Origin: an uncultured virus (IMG/VR IMGVR_UViG_3300011906_000001)
Taxonomy: Duplodnaviria > Heunggongvirae > Uroviricota > Caudoviricetes
Length of the DNA stretch: 47,433 nucleotides
Direction: 5' to 3' (one strand)
Virus record (IMG/VR): IMGVR_UViG_3300011906_000001
Coordinates: 186,001 to 233,433 of that record
Below are positions 8,911 through 18,061 of the stretch, piece by piece (position 1 is the first letter of the stretch; each line of letters opens with the position of its first letter). Position numbers and translations under genes: made by a program. Below the pieces are notes generated by a model. It saw only the letters and a program-made list of their open reading frames with translations, did no database searches and was not told where the DNA came from.

Positions 8911-10476
8911 GTGCATCTCGAAGTCAGTCAAGTTAAGAACGGCGGTTTTGTTGAGGTGGCTACCCACCATAAAGGCAAATCGCTACTATGGCCTACCAAG
9001 GCATATAGCAAAATAAAACTTCAACAACCTGAGCGGGTGTTTGATGAGATCAATGGATTTCTAAAGACCCTTCCTGCTGAGGCTCAGAATCAGATCTGGG
9101 ACAGTTATTGCCAGATCAAAGAGATTTTGGATATTGTGGCGGACAATATCCATATTGGCAACACCATCAGGCATTATGTCAGTCAGATGTATGCGGTAAC
9201 GCCCATGAATGAATTTCATAAGTGGCTGCTGACTCAAGGGAATCTGTTCATCCCAACCGATGTTCAAGAAACCATGGCTGATAACAGTCGATATAAAGGA
9301 ACAGATAAAACCTATCTGAAATCCTCGTATGTAAATTTGGCCACATTGGGTTTGGCCATGCGTCTAATGGTTCCGATCTGGGGTGAGTTTATTGATCAGG
9401 CCACCGAAGGGGATTATAAGGAAGTTGAAGCCGTTGGCCTGATTGATAATACTGAACTTAAAAGCTGGCCTGAAGATGAACCCACGTGGGACAAACTTCA
9501 CAATTACATTCGTTATTTCAGTAATGACCCAAGTGCTTTGATTGGTAACCTCTGGAAAGGGCTTGGCAGTGAAGAAATACCGGATGTGCTCCAGGCTAAA
9601 GCCGTTGTCAGACGACTGACCATTGTTCCGCTGTCTGATCATAACAGCCATTCGATCATCGCGAACATCTTTCGTTATGTCAAGACCAACACAAAACCCC
9701 AAGATCGAACCAATCAGGATCGAGTTAACAGAAAGCGTCCTGATGAAGGCGGGGGTGGTGAGGATGATGATAAGATCTCCATTGCCGAGAGCTATAAGCT
9801 AAAGCAGCGGGTATCAGATGGCGATGCGGTATTGTTCAATGTTTCGACTCGCAACATGATTGGCCTGTGTCAGATTGTTGACCCCACAGTTGATCTGAAT
9901 AAAGTCATGGCCTGTACCTATCGGGAACAGCTTAACAAAGTGGCCTTAATTGGCGAGTTTCAACCGCACCAAATCAGATTGGCTCAATGGGTCATGGCTA
10001 AAGCCTTCCCACCCCGCGCTTTTCATCTGATCGATGCTTTGTCGGTAATCAGGCTCTTGGGTTGCACTCAAGCCTTGCTGTGGCATTGGGGGTATTTAGA
10101 CCTTGCCGTCTTGATGCAGGTTGAATTGCTTAATCAATCCGATCAGCTCAACCTCACCGCAGCTAAACAGGCTAAGAGTGGCGCGAGGATCTCCAGTAAG
10201 TATAAAGAAGCATTAAACCTTCTGTATCCTTACGTAAAGCCTCAACGTATCAAAGCTAGCAGTCAAGAAGGAGATGAGAATTTTGTGAACACAGCGGCCA
10301 TTGCGATTAACAATGTGACCTCTGATATTAAAAGTTCTAACTGGCTGTATCATGGTCCAGATGGACTCTATAACGAAGCAGGCCTCCCAGAAGGCCGCAA
10401 TGTGGTGGTGATTCCCCAAACGATTAAAAACACCATCACCGAGATGGTCATGCATTTGGCTAAGCTCAACCAATAA
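8911..10476 (+). CDS. nvRNAP fifth (sigma-like promoter-specificity) subunit, phiKZ gp68-like
   Basis: The N-terminus GFVEVATHHKGKSLLWPTKAYSKIK...RVFDEIN and the segment LMVPIWGEFIDQ match gp68 as I recall it. GTG 8911 has an AGAGGA SD. Synteny agrees. Confidence 0.85.
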   Translation: MHLEVSQVKNGGFVEVATHHKGKSLLWPTKAYSKIKLQQPERVFDEINGFLKTLPAEAQNQIWDSYCQIKEILDIVADNIHIGNTIRHYVSQMYAVTPMNEFHKWLLTQGNLFIPTDVQETMADNSRYKGTDKTYLKSSYVNLATLGLAMRLMVPIWGEFIDQATEGDYKEVEAVGLIDNTELKSWPEDEPTWDKLHNYIRYFSNDPSALIGNLWKGLGSEEIPDVLQAKAVVRRLTIVPLSDHNSHSIIANIFRYVKTNTKPQDRTNQDRVNRKRPDEGGGGEDDDKISIAESYKLKQRVSDGDAVLFNVSTRNMIGLCQIVDPTVDLNKVMACTYREQLNKVALIGEFQPHQIRLAQWVMAKAFPPRAFHLIDALSVIRLLGCTQALLWHWGYLDLAVLMQVELLNQSDQLNLTAAKQAKSGARISSKYKEALNLLYPYVKPQRIKASSQEGDENFVNTAAIAINNVTSDIKSSNWLYHGPDGLYNEAGLPEGRNVVVIPQTIKNTITEMVMHLAKLNQ

Positions 10477-10503
10477 ACGTATTCACGTACTGAGGTAAAT
10501 TCG

Positions 10504-12105
10504 ATGTTTGGCATTCAACAGAACACTGAAGTTAGCATTAAGCATTTTCTGCTTACCCAAAGCGGAACCTATCAAGAGCAGAACCTACGACCCTTCACTA
10601 CTCGGATTGATGCCAGCGTGATTTCACGCTTGGAAACTGCAACCGCTGGTGGGCGTAACATCGGGGTTGGGGCTGTTCAGAATATTGCAGCGGATGTGAT
10701 TCAGCCTTCGGCCACTCCAGAAGGAATGGTAAACATCGCCAATGGATGGCAAGCGCGCCGGTTTCGCTTCTTGATGCATGTTGTTGAAAAGCATCCATTC
10801 AGCGTCGGCGAAACCATCAACCGCATCTTCTTCGGCTACACCGATAACAGTGATGCCTCTCTGAATTATCTTGATCCTGAAATGCGGATCTATTTCAATT
10901 CTGAAACCATCATCAGTGAGGTGATTAAAAACACCATCAATGGTCCTGTGGCTCAGGCGATTGTATCGGGGTCTAATCAGATTGTATCCCCCTGCGATTT
11001 CACAGGGCAGGGCAATGGCCTCTATCAGACGCCAACGAGTCATCTGATTCGTCCTGAAGATGTGTTCTCCATTGGACAAACCAACCACACCATCGAAAGC
11101 TTACAACGGACAGGACAGTTCACCGGCGGTATTCAGCACAAAATCGATTATCGGACCATGGTGGCTCAGGGCGGTCAGTACAAGTATTCCATGCGGCGCG
11201 ATACTTCGCCGACTCGGTATTTGGCTGATACCTTGGGTGCTTATCAGCATGCTGTTAAAGAAGCAGCCTTGAGCAACACAGGGTTTGATTCCGATGGCGT
11301 TAACATGGAGTCGGTCTATTATGAAGCTCAATCGATTGCCTCTAACCAGGACATTTCCAGTAATACCTTCCTGGGTCGATTGAAAGATCACGTTGGGTAT
11401 ATGGAGAAAGGGTATATCACCTACCGTGAACTGTGCTCGCTGTTCCCTGAAGCTGCTGACTATGATCGTTGCACCAAGTTCTCCATGGACACTGGTCAGT
11501 CGATCCGTCGCACCAACCACGCTGATCAAGCGATGCATTGGAACGGTTCTGAACCCATCACCATTGCAGCATCGCTCCTGGCTCAAGTGATTCCTGCGAT
11601 TATGATGGATAACTTCATTCGAACCATCAGCTTCGCTGCGACCAATGGCATGGGCGCTGGGATGTATCGGATTGAGATTCACCCACAGTCCACCAAAATG
11701 TTGGTAGGAAGCTTGGATGCGATCAGTTACCTGAACGAGTTTGAACGTCGGTTGATGATTGATGTGTTAAATACCATCACCCATAATAACCAGATGCCTT
11801 TCTCGATCAGTTGCTTTGCAGACTTGGGTGAAGACACCATCATCGACATCGCATTGGGTGCAGAACCTGTTCGTCGATATGTGGCACCAACCTTCACTGA
11901 TAGCTTGTTCAGTCCGATGATCACCCGCAATGACCAAGCACTTCAGAGTGTATCGTCTGACTTGCTGTATCTCGTGGGTAATGTCATTCCGAGCGCTACT
12001 CATGCTCAACAAGCGCCTAACTACCAACCTCAGTATCCTGCTGCTCAACTCACTCCCCAATCTCAACCATCGGTGTCGTATGATGCTGAATTCGGATTGC
12101 TGTAA
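10504..12105 (+). CDS. picA: Nuclear protein import factor PicA/Imp1 (phiKZ gp69-like)
   Basis: 533 aa, immediately after the gp68-like gene (conserved synteny), with a GAGG SD. Confidence 0.75.
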   Translation: MFGIQQNTEVSIKHFLLTQSGTYQEQNLRPFTTRIDASVISRLETATAGGRNIGVGAVQNIAADVIQPSATPEGMVNIANGWQARRFRFLMHVVEKHPFSVGETINRIFFGYTDNSDASLNYLDPEMRIYFNSETIISEVIKNTINGPVAQAIVSGSNQIVSPCDFTGQGNGLYQTPTSHLIRPEDVFSIGQTNHTIESLQRTGQFTGGIQHKIDYRTMVAQGGQYKYSMRRDTSPTRYLADTLGAYQHAVKEAALSNTGFDSDGVNMESVYYEAQSIASNQDISSNTFLGRLKDHVGYMEKGYITYRELCSLFPEAADYDRCTKFSMDTGQSIRRTNHADQAMHWNGSEPITIAASLLAQVIPAIMMDNFIRTISFAATNGMGAGMYRIEIHPQSTKMLVGSLDAISYLNEFERRLMIDVLNTITHNNQMPFSISCFADLGEDTIIDIALGAEPVRRYVAPTFTDSLFSPMITRNDQALQSVSSDLLYLVGNVIPSATHAQQAPNYQPQYPAAQLTPQSQPSVSYDAEFGLL

Positions 12106-12118
12106 GGATTAACAGTTA

Positions 12119-13414
12119 ATGAAAATTCTAGATTTCTATAAAGGCCTCCTAACGACACTTCGTTATCAGTTCAATGACGATGGATTGATTTCGATCTCCA
12201 CCCCAACAGGCAGTAGTAAACCGGCCACGGTTGAAGGTAAGCGTCTGGTACTACCCACCAGTAAGTTTATGCGCGATGGTTTTGGTGAAGACTACCAACC
12301 GTTCCATCCGCTGTCTGAATCCATCGCACGGCGCGGTACCTCGCCCGTGCTTCAACATCTTCAAAGACAGGCTAAAGCAAACCTTGCCCACAGCTTCGTC
12401 TATTTGGCCCAACAGCTGCTCACTGTAGCGGCAGAACCGGCTCTTCATAAAGACCTTCCGCCAGATTGTGCCGATTTTCTAAAGAAGCTCTCCAATGCTG
12501 ATAAGAAAACTGTTCAGATATTCGATCAGGTAGTGAGGGCTGCCATTAAGAAGAATAAGCTGATTACAGTTTATCTGAAAAATGGGGGCAAATATAACGG
12601 CAAACCTGTCAATCGCATGGCGGTGATTCGATTCCCCATCATCGAGTTGATCGATCAAGTGGATGACACCGAGCTTGGGGTTGAGATGAGCAAGAAGCAT
12701 CGTCAAACCTTAAGTGCGTTGTTCAGGATGGTCATGCCATTTGGTGACTCGCCTGAGGAGTACAGTGCCGGTTCTAACAACCGTACAGCGCCGTACCTGC
12801 ATGCATTCCTTCAAGCCTATCGTAAGGTAGCGCTTCAGATGAATCGCATTATAGAACGCTATGGCAAGCCGCTTGAGCTGTCTCTCTCGGTTTTCGAGCT
12901 GTATAGCGAGAAGAGCTTGGCAGGCTTTGGTGAGATGTATGACCAGCTGCCGGTTCTGTCGGGAAATGAAGGCAAAGCCCATGAGGAGGATGAACAGGAG
13001 GTTGAAGAAGTTAAGGTCAACCGTTCAGGTCCAACCGATGTGTATGAGGCAATGGATCATAAACCGTCCAAACCTGCTGCTGCACAACCTAAAGTCCTGA
13101 ATCAGCCTGCAACTGCTAAAGCTTCTGAAGGAATTGAGCTGAGTGATTTGCTCAAGCAAATGAATATTCAGCCTCAAGCGCCACAGCCTCAGTACAACAC
13201 AGGCTATCAGGCTAATCAAGGCTACCATCAAAACCTGTATCAATCCTACCAACAGCCCAACCCTTTGGCGCAGCTCAATGCCATCGCAGGCGGTGGTCAA
13301 GTGATGCAGCAACAGCAGCCCATGAATCCTTATGCGCAGGCTGTTATGTCCCATCAACAATCCACTATGCAGCAACCTGTTAATCACGGTTACACGACTA
13401 ACAGCTTGCTGTAA
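12119..13414 (+). CDS. Conserved core protein (gp70-like) with Q/N/Y-rich C-terminal tail
   Basis: 431-aa ORF with an AAGGA SD and the segment FHPLSESIARRGTSPV. Synteny agrees. Confidence 0.8.
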   Translation: MKILDFYKGLLTTLRYQFNDDGLISISTPTGSSKPATVEGKRLVLPTSKFMRDGFGEDYQPFHPLSESIARRGTSPVLQHLQRQAKANLAHSFVYLAQQLLTVAAEPALHKDLPPDCADFLKKLSNADKKTVQIFDQVVRAAIKKNKLITVYLKNGGKYNGKPVNRMAVIRFPIIELIDQVDDTELGVEMSKKHRQTLSALFRMVMPFGDSPEEYSAGSNNRTAPYLHAFLQAYRKVALQMNRIIERYGKPLELSLSVFELYSEKSLAGFGEMYDQLPVLSGNEGKAHEEDEQEVEEVKVNRSGPTDVYEAMDHKPSKPAAAQPKVLNQPATAKASEGIELSDLLKQMNIQPQAPQPQYNTGYQANQGYHQNLYQSYQQPNPLAQLNAIAGGGQVMQQQQPMNPYAQAVMSHQQSTMQQPVNHGYTTNSLL

Positions 13415-13419
13415 GACGA

Positions 13420-13454
13420 CATAAGCGGGAGTCCTTCGGGACTCCCGTCTTATT
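13420..13454. terminator. Bidirectional terminator between convergent genes
   Basis: CATAAG-CGGGAGTCC-TTCG-GGACTCCCG-TCTTATT. Confidence 0.8.
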
Positions 13455-13815
13455 ACCTTTTTTTGGTCAGGTACAAGGCTCTGATATTGGAAATGGCATT
13501 GGGGTTGGGATGAATCAAGTCAAAGACCACTTCACGGTTCTGAGGGTCACGCATGGCTTTCCCGAATTGATTAGGGTTTTCCATTTCGTTGACCCGCAAA
13601 TAAATCCAATGAAGGTTAGCGGCAACCCCCAATTCATTTAAAAGGCCGTAGAAGTTCCCTTCAAACTGATAGACCTTGTCATTGCTAATGCGTTCAAGCT
13701 GGACATTAGACCGCTTTAGGATATTAAGATGCGTTTCAATCACACGCCTGAATTCTTCTGTGTAATAAAGCGGGTCGCCTGGATTGGTTGCCAGCGACAT
13801 GACGGTTAAAGCCAT
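13453..13815 (-). CDS. Small conserved protein, possibly LysM/T4 gp53-like baseplate component
   Basis: GAGG SD before ATG 13815. The motif LHWIYLRVNEMENP resembles the W-I-x-L-x-x-N-x-x-x-x-P of gp53/gpX proteins (inference). Confidence 0.7.
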   Translation of the reverse strand: MALTVMSLATNPGDPLYYTEEFRRVIETHLNILKRSNVQLERISNDKVYQFEGNFYGLLNELGVAANLHWIYLRVNEMENPNQFGKAMRDPQNREVVFDLIHPNPNAISNIRALYLTKKR

Positions 13816-13832
13816 TGAAAGAAGCCTCTGAT

Positions 13833-13860
13833 CAAATAAAAATGACACCTATATCATCAG
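13833..13860 (+). promoter_or_regulatory. Candidate phage promoter (copy 2) CAAATAAAAATGACACCTATATCATCAG
   Basis: Repeat of 8832-8858, located ~40 nt before the beta-subunit start. Confidence 0.65.
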
Positions 13861-13900
13861 GGTGTATAGGAATCAGGTAAACCCTCGTCATTGGAGTAAT

Positions 13901-16042
13901 ATGATGGGAACTAAAAAAGGTAATCGTGAAATCCCAATGTCTCTGCTGGGACAAACTGCACTTGATCCATATTTTGGAACCACGAGTGCTGCACGGGGAG
14001 CTATGATGAACACCCACATCGGTCAAGCCCCGATTGTGGAAGACAATGAACCCAGACGGACCTTTACTGGCGCAGAATTGCTGTATAGTCAGAAGACCTT
14101 TGACATCAGATTTCCGTGTGATGCTCAGGTGCTCCATGTCTTAAGAAAATATCCCACAGGCATGGGTGGGGATTCGATTAAACGAAACCCTATCACAACC
14201 ATCATTTACGAAGAGTATTATGATGTTTATAAACGCGTAGGCGTTATCCACGTTCCTGAATTTAATTCCCTGCATCAAGATTTCGGTTATAAGTACGAAA
14301 AGAATCAAGATGTGTGGGAGCAGATGGGACGTCAGGATGCAGTGTTTGAAAAGGACACGGTTCTAGCGGCTTCTACGGCCGTTAAGAAAGACGGTCAATA
14401 TGGCATGGGTCTTAATGCCACTGTAGCCTTCATGAGTCATCCTGGCACCATTGAAGATGGCTTTGTGATGAGTGAGTCCTTCACCGAACGCACCAAGCCT
14501 CGGGTGTATAACACCGCCATTGCGAACTCTGGTCGTAAGGCGTTCATGCTAAACCTCTATGGAGATGACCACACCTATAAACCCATGCCGGATATCGGGG
14601 ATAGAATCCGTGACGATGGGGTGATCTTTGCCCTAAGGGACATTGATGACGATCTGACGCCAGCGGATATGACCCCACGCGCACTCAGGACTATTGACCG
14701 GGCATTTGACAGACCGGTTATTGGAAAACCTGGAGCTCGGGTGGTTGATATCACGGTGTATCATGATAACCGCACCAATCCTCAATCAACCCCGATGGGA
14801 ATGGACAGGCAGCTTCGGAAGTATTACGATGCTAACTGTGCGTATTATCGTGAGATCTTAAAGATCTATAACAGCCTTAAGCGACGTGGGAAACAACTCA
14901 GGATCACCCCTGAGTTTAACCAGCTGATTGTTGAGGCGATGGTGTATCTCCCAACCCCTGAGAGTGACCGTAAGCTGACACGCGTCTATCGCCTTGAAAC
15001 ATTGGATGAGTGGCGAGCGGAATTGACGTATGAAACTATCCTAAAACCGGCTGAAGCATTTAAATATACAGATTTGGCGGGAGGCAAAGGTGTCAACTGT
15101 CTAACGGTTCCAGATGATCACATGCCCGTGGATCAGAATGGCAATCGAGCAGAAGTAATCATCTATGGTTCCTCAACCAATAGACGATCGAACTTCGGAC
15201 GACTGTATGAACATTTCACGAATGCTGCTTCTCGTGATCTGTTGTGTCGGCTAAGGGCACAGTGTGGATTCCAAACCCACACTAAACCCACTCTTCATCA
15301 ACTGATGCAGCTTAAAAGCCAACCGGAGTTGATTGAGAACATCTTTGCAACGCTCATGCGATATTATCAAATCGTCGCCCCGAAGCAGCATGCGCTACTG
15401 GTGGATGATACGGATAAGTATCGTCATGTAGCGGCTGTTCTTAAAGACGGTGATTTCAAGAAGCCTGGGATCAGTCTCTGGACACCCCCTGATAACGATG
15501 TGAATCTTCTTGACATGACCCGTACCTTGGTTAAAGGAGAGTTCTGTCCACATTATGGACCTGTCACCTATAAGGACACCGAAGGCAATACCGTGACAAC
15601 GGCTAATCCCATTCTGATCGCTGATCTTTACATGATCATGCTCGAAAAGGTTGGAGAAGATTGGAGTGGTGTGGCATCTGTTAAAACCCAACATTTCGGA
15701 TTGCCAGCGAAAGTCACAAGTGCTGATAAGTCAAGCACTCCAGGACGGGAACAGCCGGTTAGGACCATGGGGGAATCTGAAACCAGATCCACCATCTGTA
15801 CGGTTGGACCTGAAGCCACCAATGAACTGCTGGATCAAACCCACAACCCAGCAAGCCACTGCTTTGCGGTAGAGAACATTCTAACGGCAAACCGACCGAC
15901 TGATATTGATGTGGTTGTCAATCGCAACAAGGTGCCTTATGGAGGCTCTCGTTCGGTGGCGCTCTATCAGCATTTGTTGGAATGTCGTGGGATTCGCTTT
16001 CGGTATTTGAAAGATCAACCTGTTATTGTTAAGGGCAAATAA
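13901..16042 (+). CDS. nvRNAP beta-like subunit, C-terminal half (phiKZ gp71-73-like), uninterrupted
   Basis: Motifs IEDGFVMSES, KYTDLAGGKGV, RSNFGRLYE and VRTMGESETR correspond to RpoB C-terminal conserved regions. GGAG SD precedes ATG 13901/13904. Confidence 0.92.
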   Translation: MMGTKKGNREIPMSLLGQTALDPYFGTTSAARGAMMNTHIGQAPIVEDNEPRRTFTGAELLYSQKTFDIRFPCDAQVLHVLRKYPTGMGGDSIKRNPITTIIYEEYYDVYKRVGVIHVPEFNSLHQDFGYKYEKNQDVWEQMGRQDAVFEKDTVLAASTAVKKDGQYGMGLNATVAFMSHPGTIEDGFVMSESFTERTKPRVYNTAIANSGRKAFMLNLYGDDHTYKPMPDIGDRIRDDGVIFALRDIDDDLTPADMTPRALRTIDRAFDRPVIGKPGARVVDITVYHDNRTNPQSTPMGMDRQLRKYYDANCAYYREILKIYNSLKRRGKQLRITPEFNQLIVEAMVYLPTPESDRKLTRVYRLETLDEWRAELTYETILKPAEAFKYTDLAGGKGVNCLTVPDDHMPVDQNGNRAEVIIYGSSTNRRSNFGRLYEHFTNAASRDLLCRLRAQCGFQTHTKPTLHQLMQLKSQPELIENIFATLMRYYQIVAPKQHALLVDDTDKYRHVAAVLKDGDFKKPGISLWTPPDNDVNLLDMTRTLVKGEFCPHYGPVTYKDTEGNTVTTANPILIADLYMIMLEKVGEDWSGVASVKTQHFGLPAKVTSADKSSTPGREQPVRTMGESETRSTICTVGPEATNELLDQTHNPASHCFAVENILTANRPTDIDVVVNRNKVPYGGSRSVALYQHLLECRGIRFRYLKDQPVIVKGK

Positions 16043-18007
16043 ATGAACCGCTATCGGGCTGAAGACCTGCTGGCAATGGATGAGGATCAACTGTGGGCGC
16101 TCCCGGAGGAGCGCCATACGGTTTTATTCACCGATGGTGAAATCCAGACCCATACCAGAGCCACCATCATGAGTGTGTACCTGTGGTATCCCTTCAAGAT
16201 GGTACCAGGTGCTCCTTTGATGATGAACCATCATGTGGGCGATGCATGGATCAGTGGGCGTAAGATGCTGAACATGATCAATCAATGCATCTGGGATATC
16301 CATAGCCACAGTGGAGAGACGCACGATCCTGAACATCTGTCTAAACTTGCGATTGAAACCATCAACCGTATCTATAATCAGATGACAGTGAGACTAAGTG
16401 CTCACGTCACCACGTTATCGATGTTTGACATTCTGGAGGTCATGGACCATCCTGAAATCAAAGCCGCTAATACCGAAGTTGAACCCACGACGGTCTCGAT
16501 TGAAAAGATGGCTTATCCACGGATCATCAAGGCGTTGAAAGACCCTGATTCGTTAAAAGGCAATCCCATCGCGCTAGGGGTTAAGGTGGGAACCCTTAAG
16601 AGCGATCAGCTCACTCAATCGTTCGGTCCACGAGGCAAGCCGACTGATATCAATGGTGATATCTTTCAAGAACCCATCATGACAGGGTTTGTGGAAGGCA
16701 TCTGGGGGCTTTATGAATCCATGGCTGAATCTCGATCAGGCTCTAAAGCCTTGCTCTATAACAAGGAGCTTCTCAGGTCAACTGAATACTTCAACCGAAA
16801 GACCCAGTTGATTTCCCAGTATGTCAGTAACCTTCATCGAGAAGATTGTGGCACACCTCACCTGATTGACTTCCCGGTCTTTGAATCGATCCTGCCTCAA
16901 ATGAAGGGTAAGTATTACCTCAAAGAAGATGGCACGCTTGATTGGCTCAAAGGCGATGAAAAGCACCTCATTGGAAAGCGCATTAAAATGCGTTCCGTAA
17001 TAGGCTGTGTTCATCCCGATCCGTCTGGGATTTGTCAAGTGTGTTATGGGCGGCTGTCGTACAACATTCCGTTTGGCACTAACATTGGACATGTCAGTGC
17101 CGTTCATATTGGGGATAAGATCACCTCCAAGGTATTGTCCACTAAACATACTGATGCATCAGCTAATGTGGATCGGTATCAACTCCATCAAACTGAAGCG
17201 AAATATCTGAAGTATGGTGCAGCTGAGGAGGTACTCTATCTTCGAAATGTATTAAAGGGTCGTAAAGTCACGCTGATGCTTGAGCGCGATGAAGTGCATG
17301 CCTTGGCTGATGTGCTGATGATTAAAGACCTCACCGCTTATCCTGTAGGCAATGCCAGTAACCTCACAAAGATCGGAATTCGAACGGAAACAGAACACGG
17401 GACGACTCAGGATATTCTGAATGTCTCGCTGTATAACCGTAAGTCTTCGTTGTCTCGTGAAGTGCTTGAACATATCCAAAAGCATCGTTGGACGCTTGAT
17501 GATCGTGAAAACGTCATTGTTGATCTGACAGGCTTTGATGTGAACAAGCCGTTCCTTGTATTGCCCTTTAAACATGTGAATATGTTTGAGGTCATGAAAC
17601 GCATTCAAAGCTTCATGCATTCAGGCGCAGAAGGTGAGAAGCCAAAGCTTGGACGAGGTGGATTTACGGGCAGAACTTATCTTAAGAACTATCGTGATCC
17701 AGTCGAGGGGTTGGCCGTCTTTGCCTCGATGCTCAATGAAAAGCTAACGGCTAATCTTGTGCATTGTGAAGTCTTGATGTATGCCATGATGGCTCGCAAT
17801 CCAAGCCAGAAGGATTTCAGGCTTCCCGTGCCTGGCATCTCTGGGGTCTTTGAGAAATACAGCAGGCTGATGCATAATCGGTCGCTGTCTGGAGCCATGG
17901 CATTTGAGCGTCAACATGTGCCATTGAATAACCCTGCAAGTTTTAACTATAAGTACCGTAATGACCACCCGTATGACACTGTGATCATGGGTGGCGCTAT
18001 GGATTGA
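16043..18007 (+). CDS. nvRNAP beta'-like subunit, C-terminal part (phiKZ gp74-like)
   Basis: Beta' Zn-site cysteines (EDCGT; RSVIGC...ICQVCYG) and NIGHVSA...VLSTKH in the trigger-loop region. Abuts the beta gene. Confidence 0.9.
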   Translation: MNRYRAEDLLAMDEDQLWALPEERHTVLFTDGEIQTHTRATIMSVYLWYPFKMVPGAPLMMNHHVGDAWISGRKMLNMINQCIWDIHSHSGETHDPEHLSKLAIETINRIYNQMTVRLSAHVTTLSMFDILEVMDHPEIKAANTEVEPTTVSIEKMAYPRIIKALKDPDSLKGNPIALGVKVGTLKSDQLTQSFGPRGKPTDINGDIFQEPIMTGFVEGIWGLYESMAESRSGSKALLYNKELLRSTEYFNRKTQLISQYVSNLHREDCGTPHLIDFPVFESILPQMKGKYYLKEDGTLDWLKGDEKHLIGKRIKMRSVIGCVHPDPSGICQVCYGRLSYNIPFGTNIGHVSAVHIGDKITSKVLSTKHTDASANVDRYQLHQTEAKYLKYGAAEEVLYLRNVLKGRKVTLMLERDEVHALADVLMIKDLTAYPVGNASNLTKIGIRTETEHGTTQDILNVSLYNRKSSLSREVLEHIQKHRWTLDDRENVIVDLTGFDVNKPFLVLPFKHVNMFEVMKRIQSFMHSGAEGEKPKLGRGGFTGRTYLKNYRDPVEGLAVFASMLNEKLTANLVHCEVLMYAMMARNPSQKDFRLPVPGISGVFEKYSRLMHNRSLSGAMAFERQHVPLNNPASFNYKYRNDHPYDTVIMGGAMD

Positions 18008-18013
18008 TAACGG

Positions 18014-18040
18014 CATAAGAGGAGGGATAACTCCCTCCTC
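18014..18040. terminator. Hairpin between the gp74-like gene and the helicase
   Basis: CATAA-GAGGAGGGA-TAAC-TCCCTCCTC, with no T-tract on the + strand. Confidence 0.55.
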
Positions 18041-18061
18041 GCATTAACCAGTGAAGTTGTT

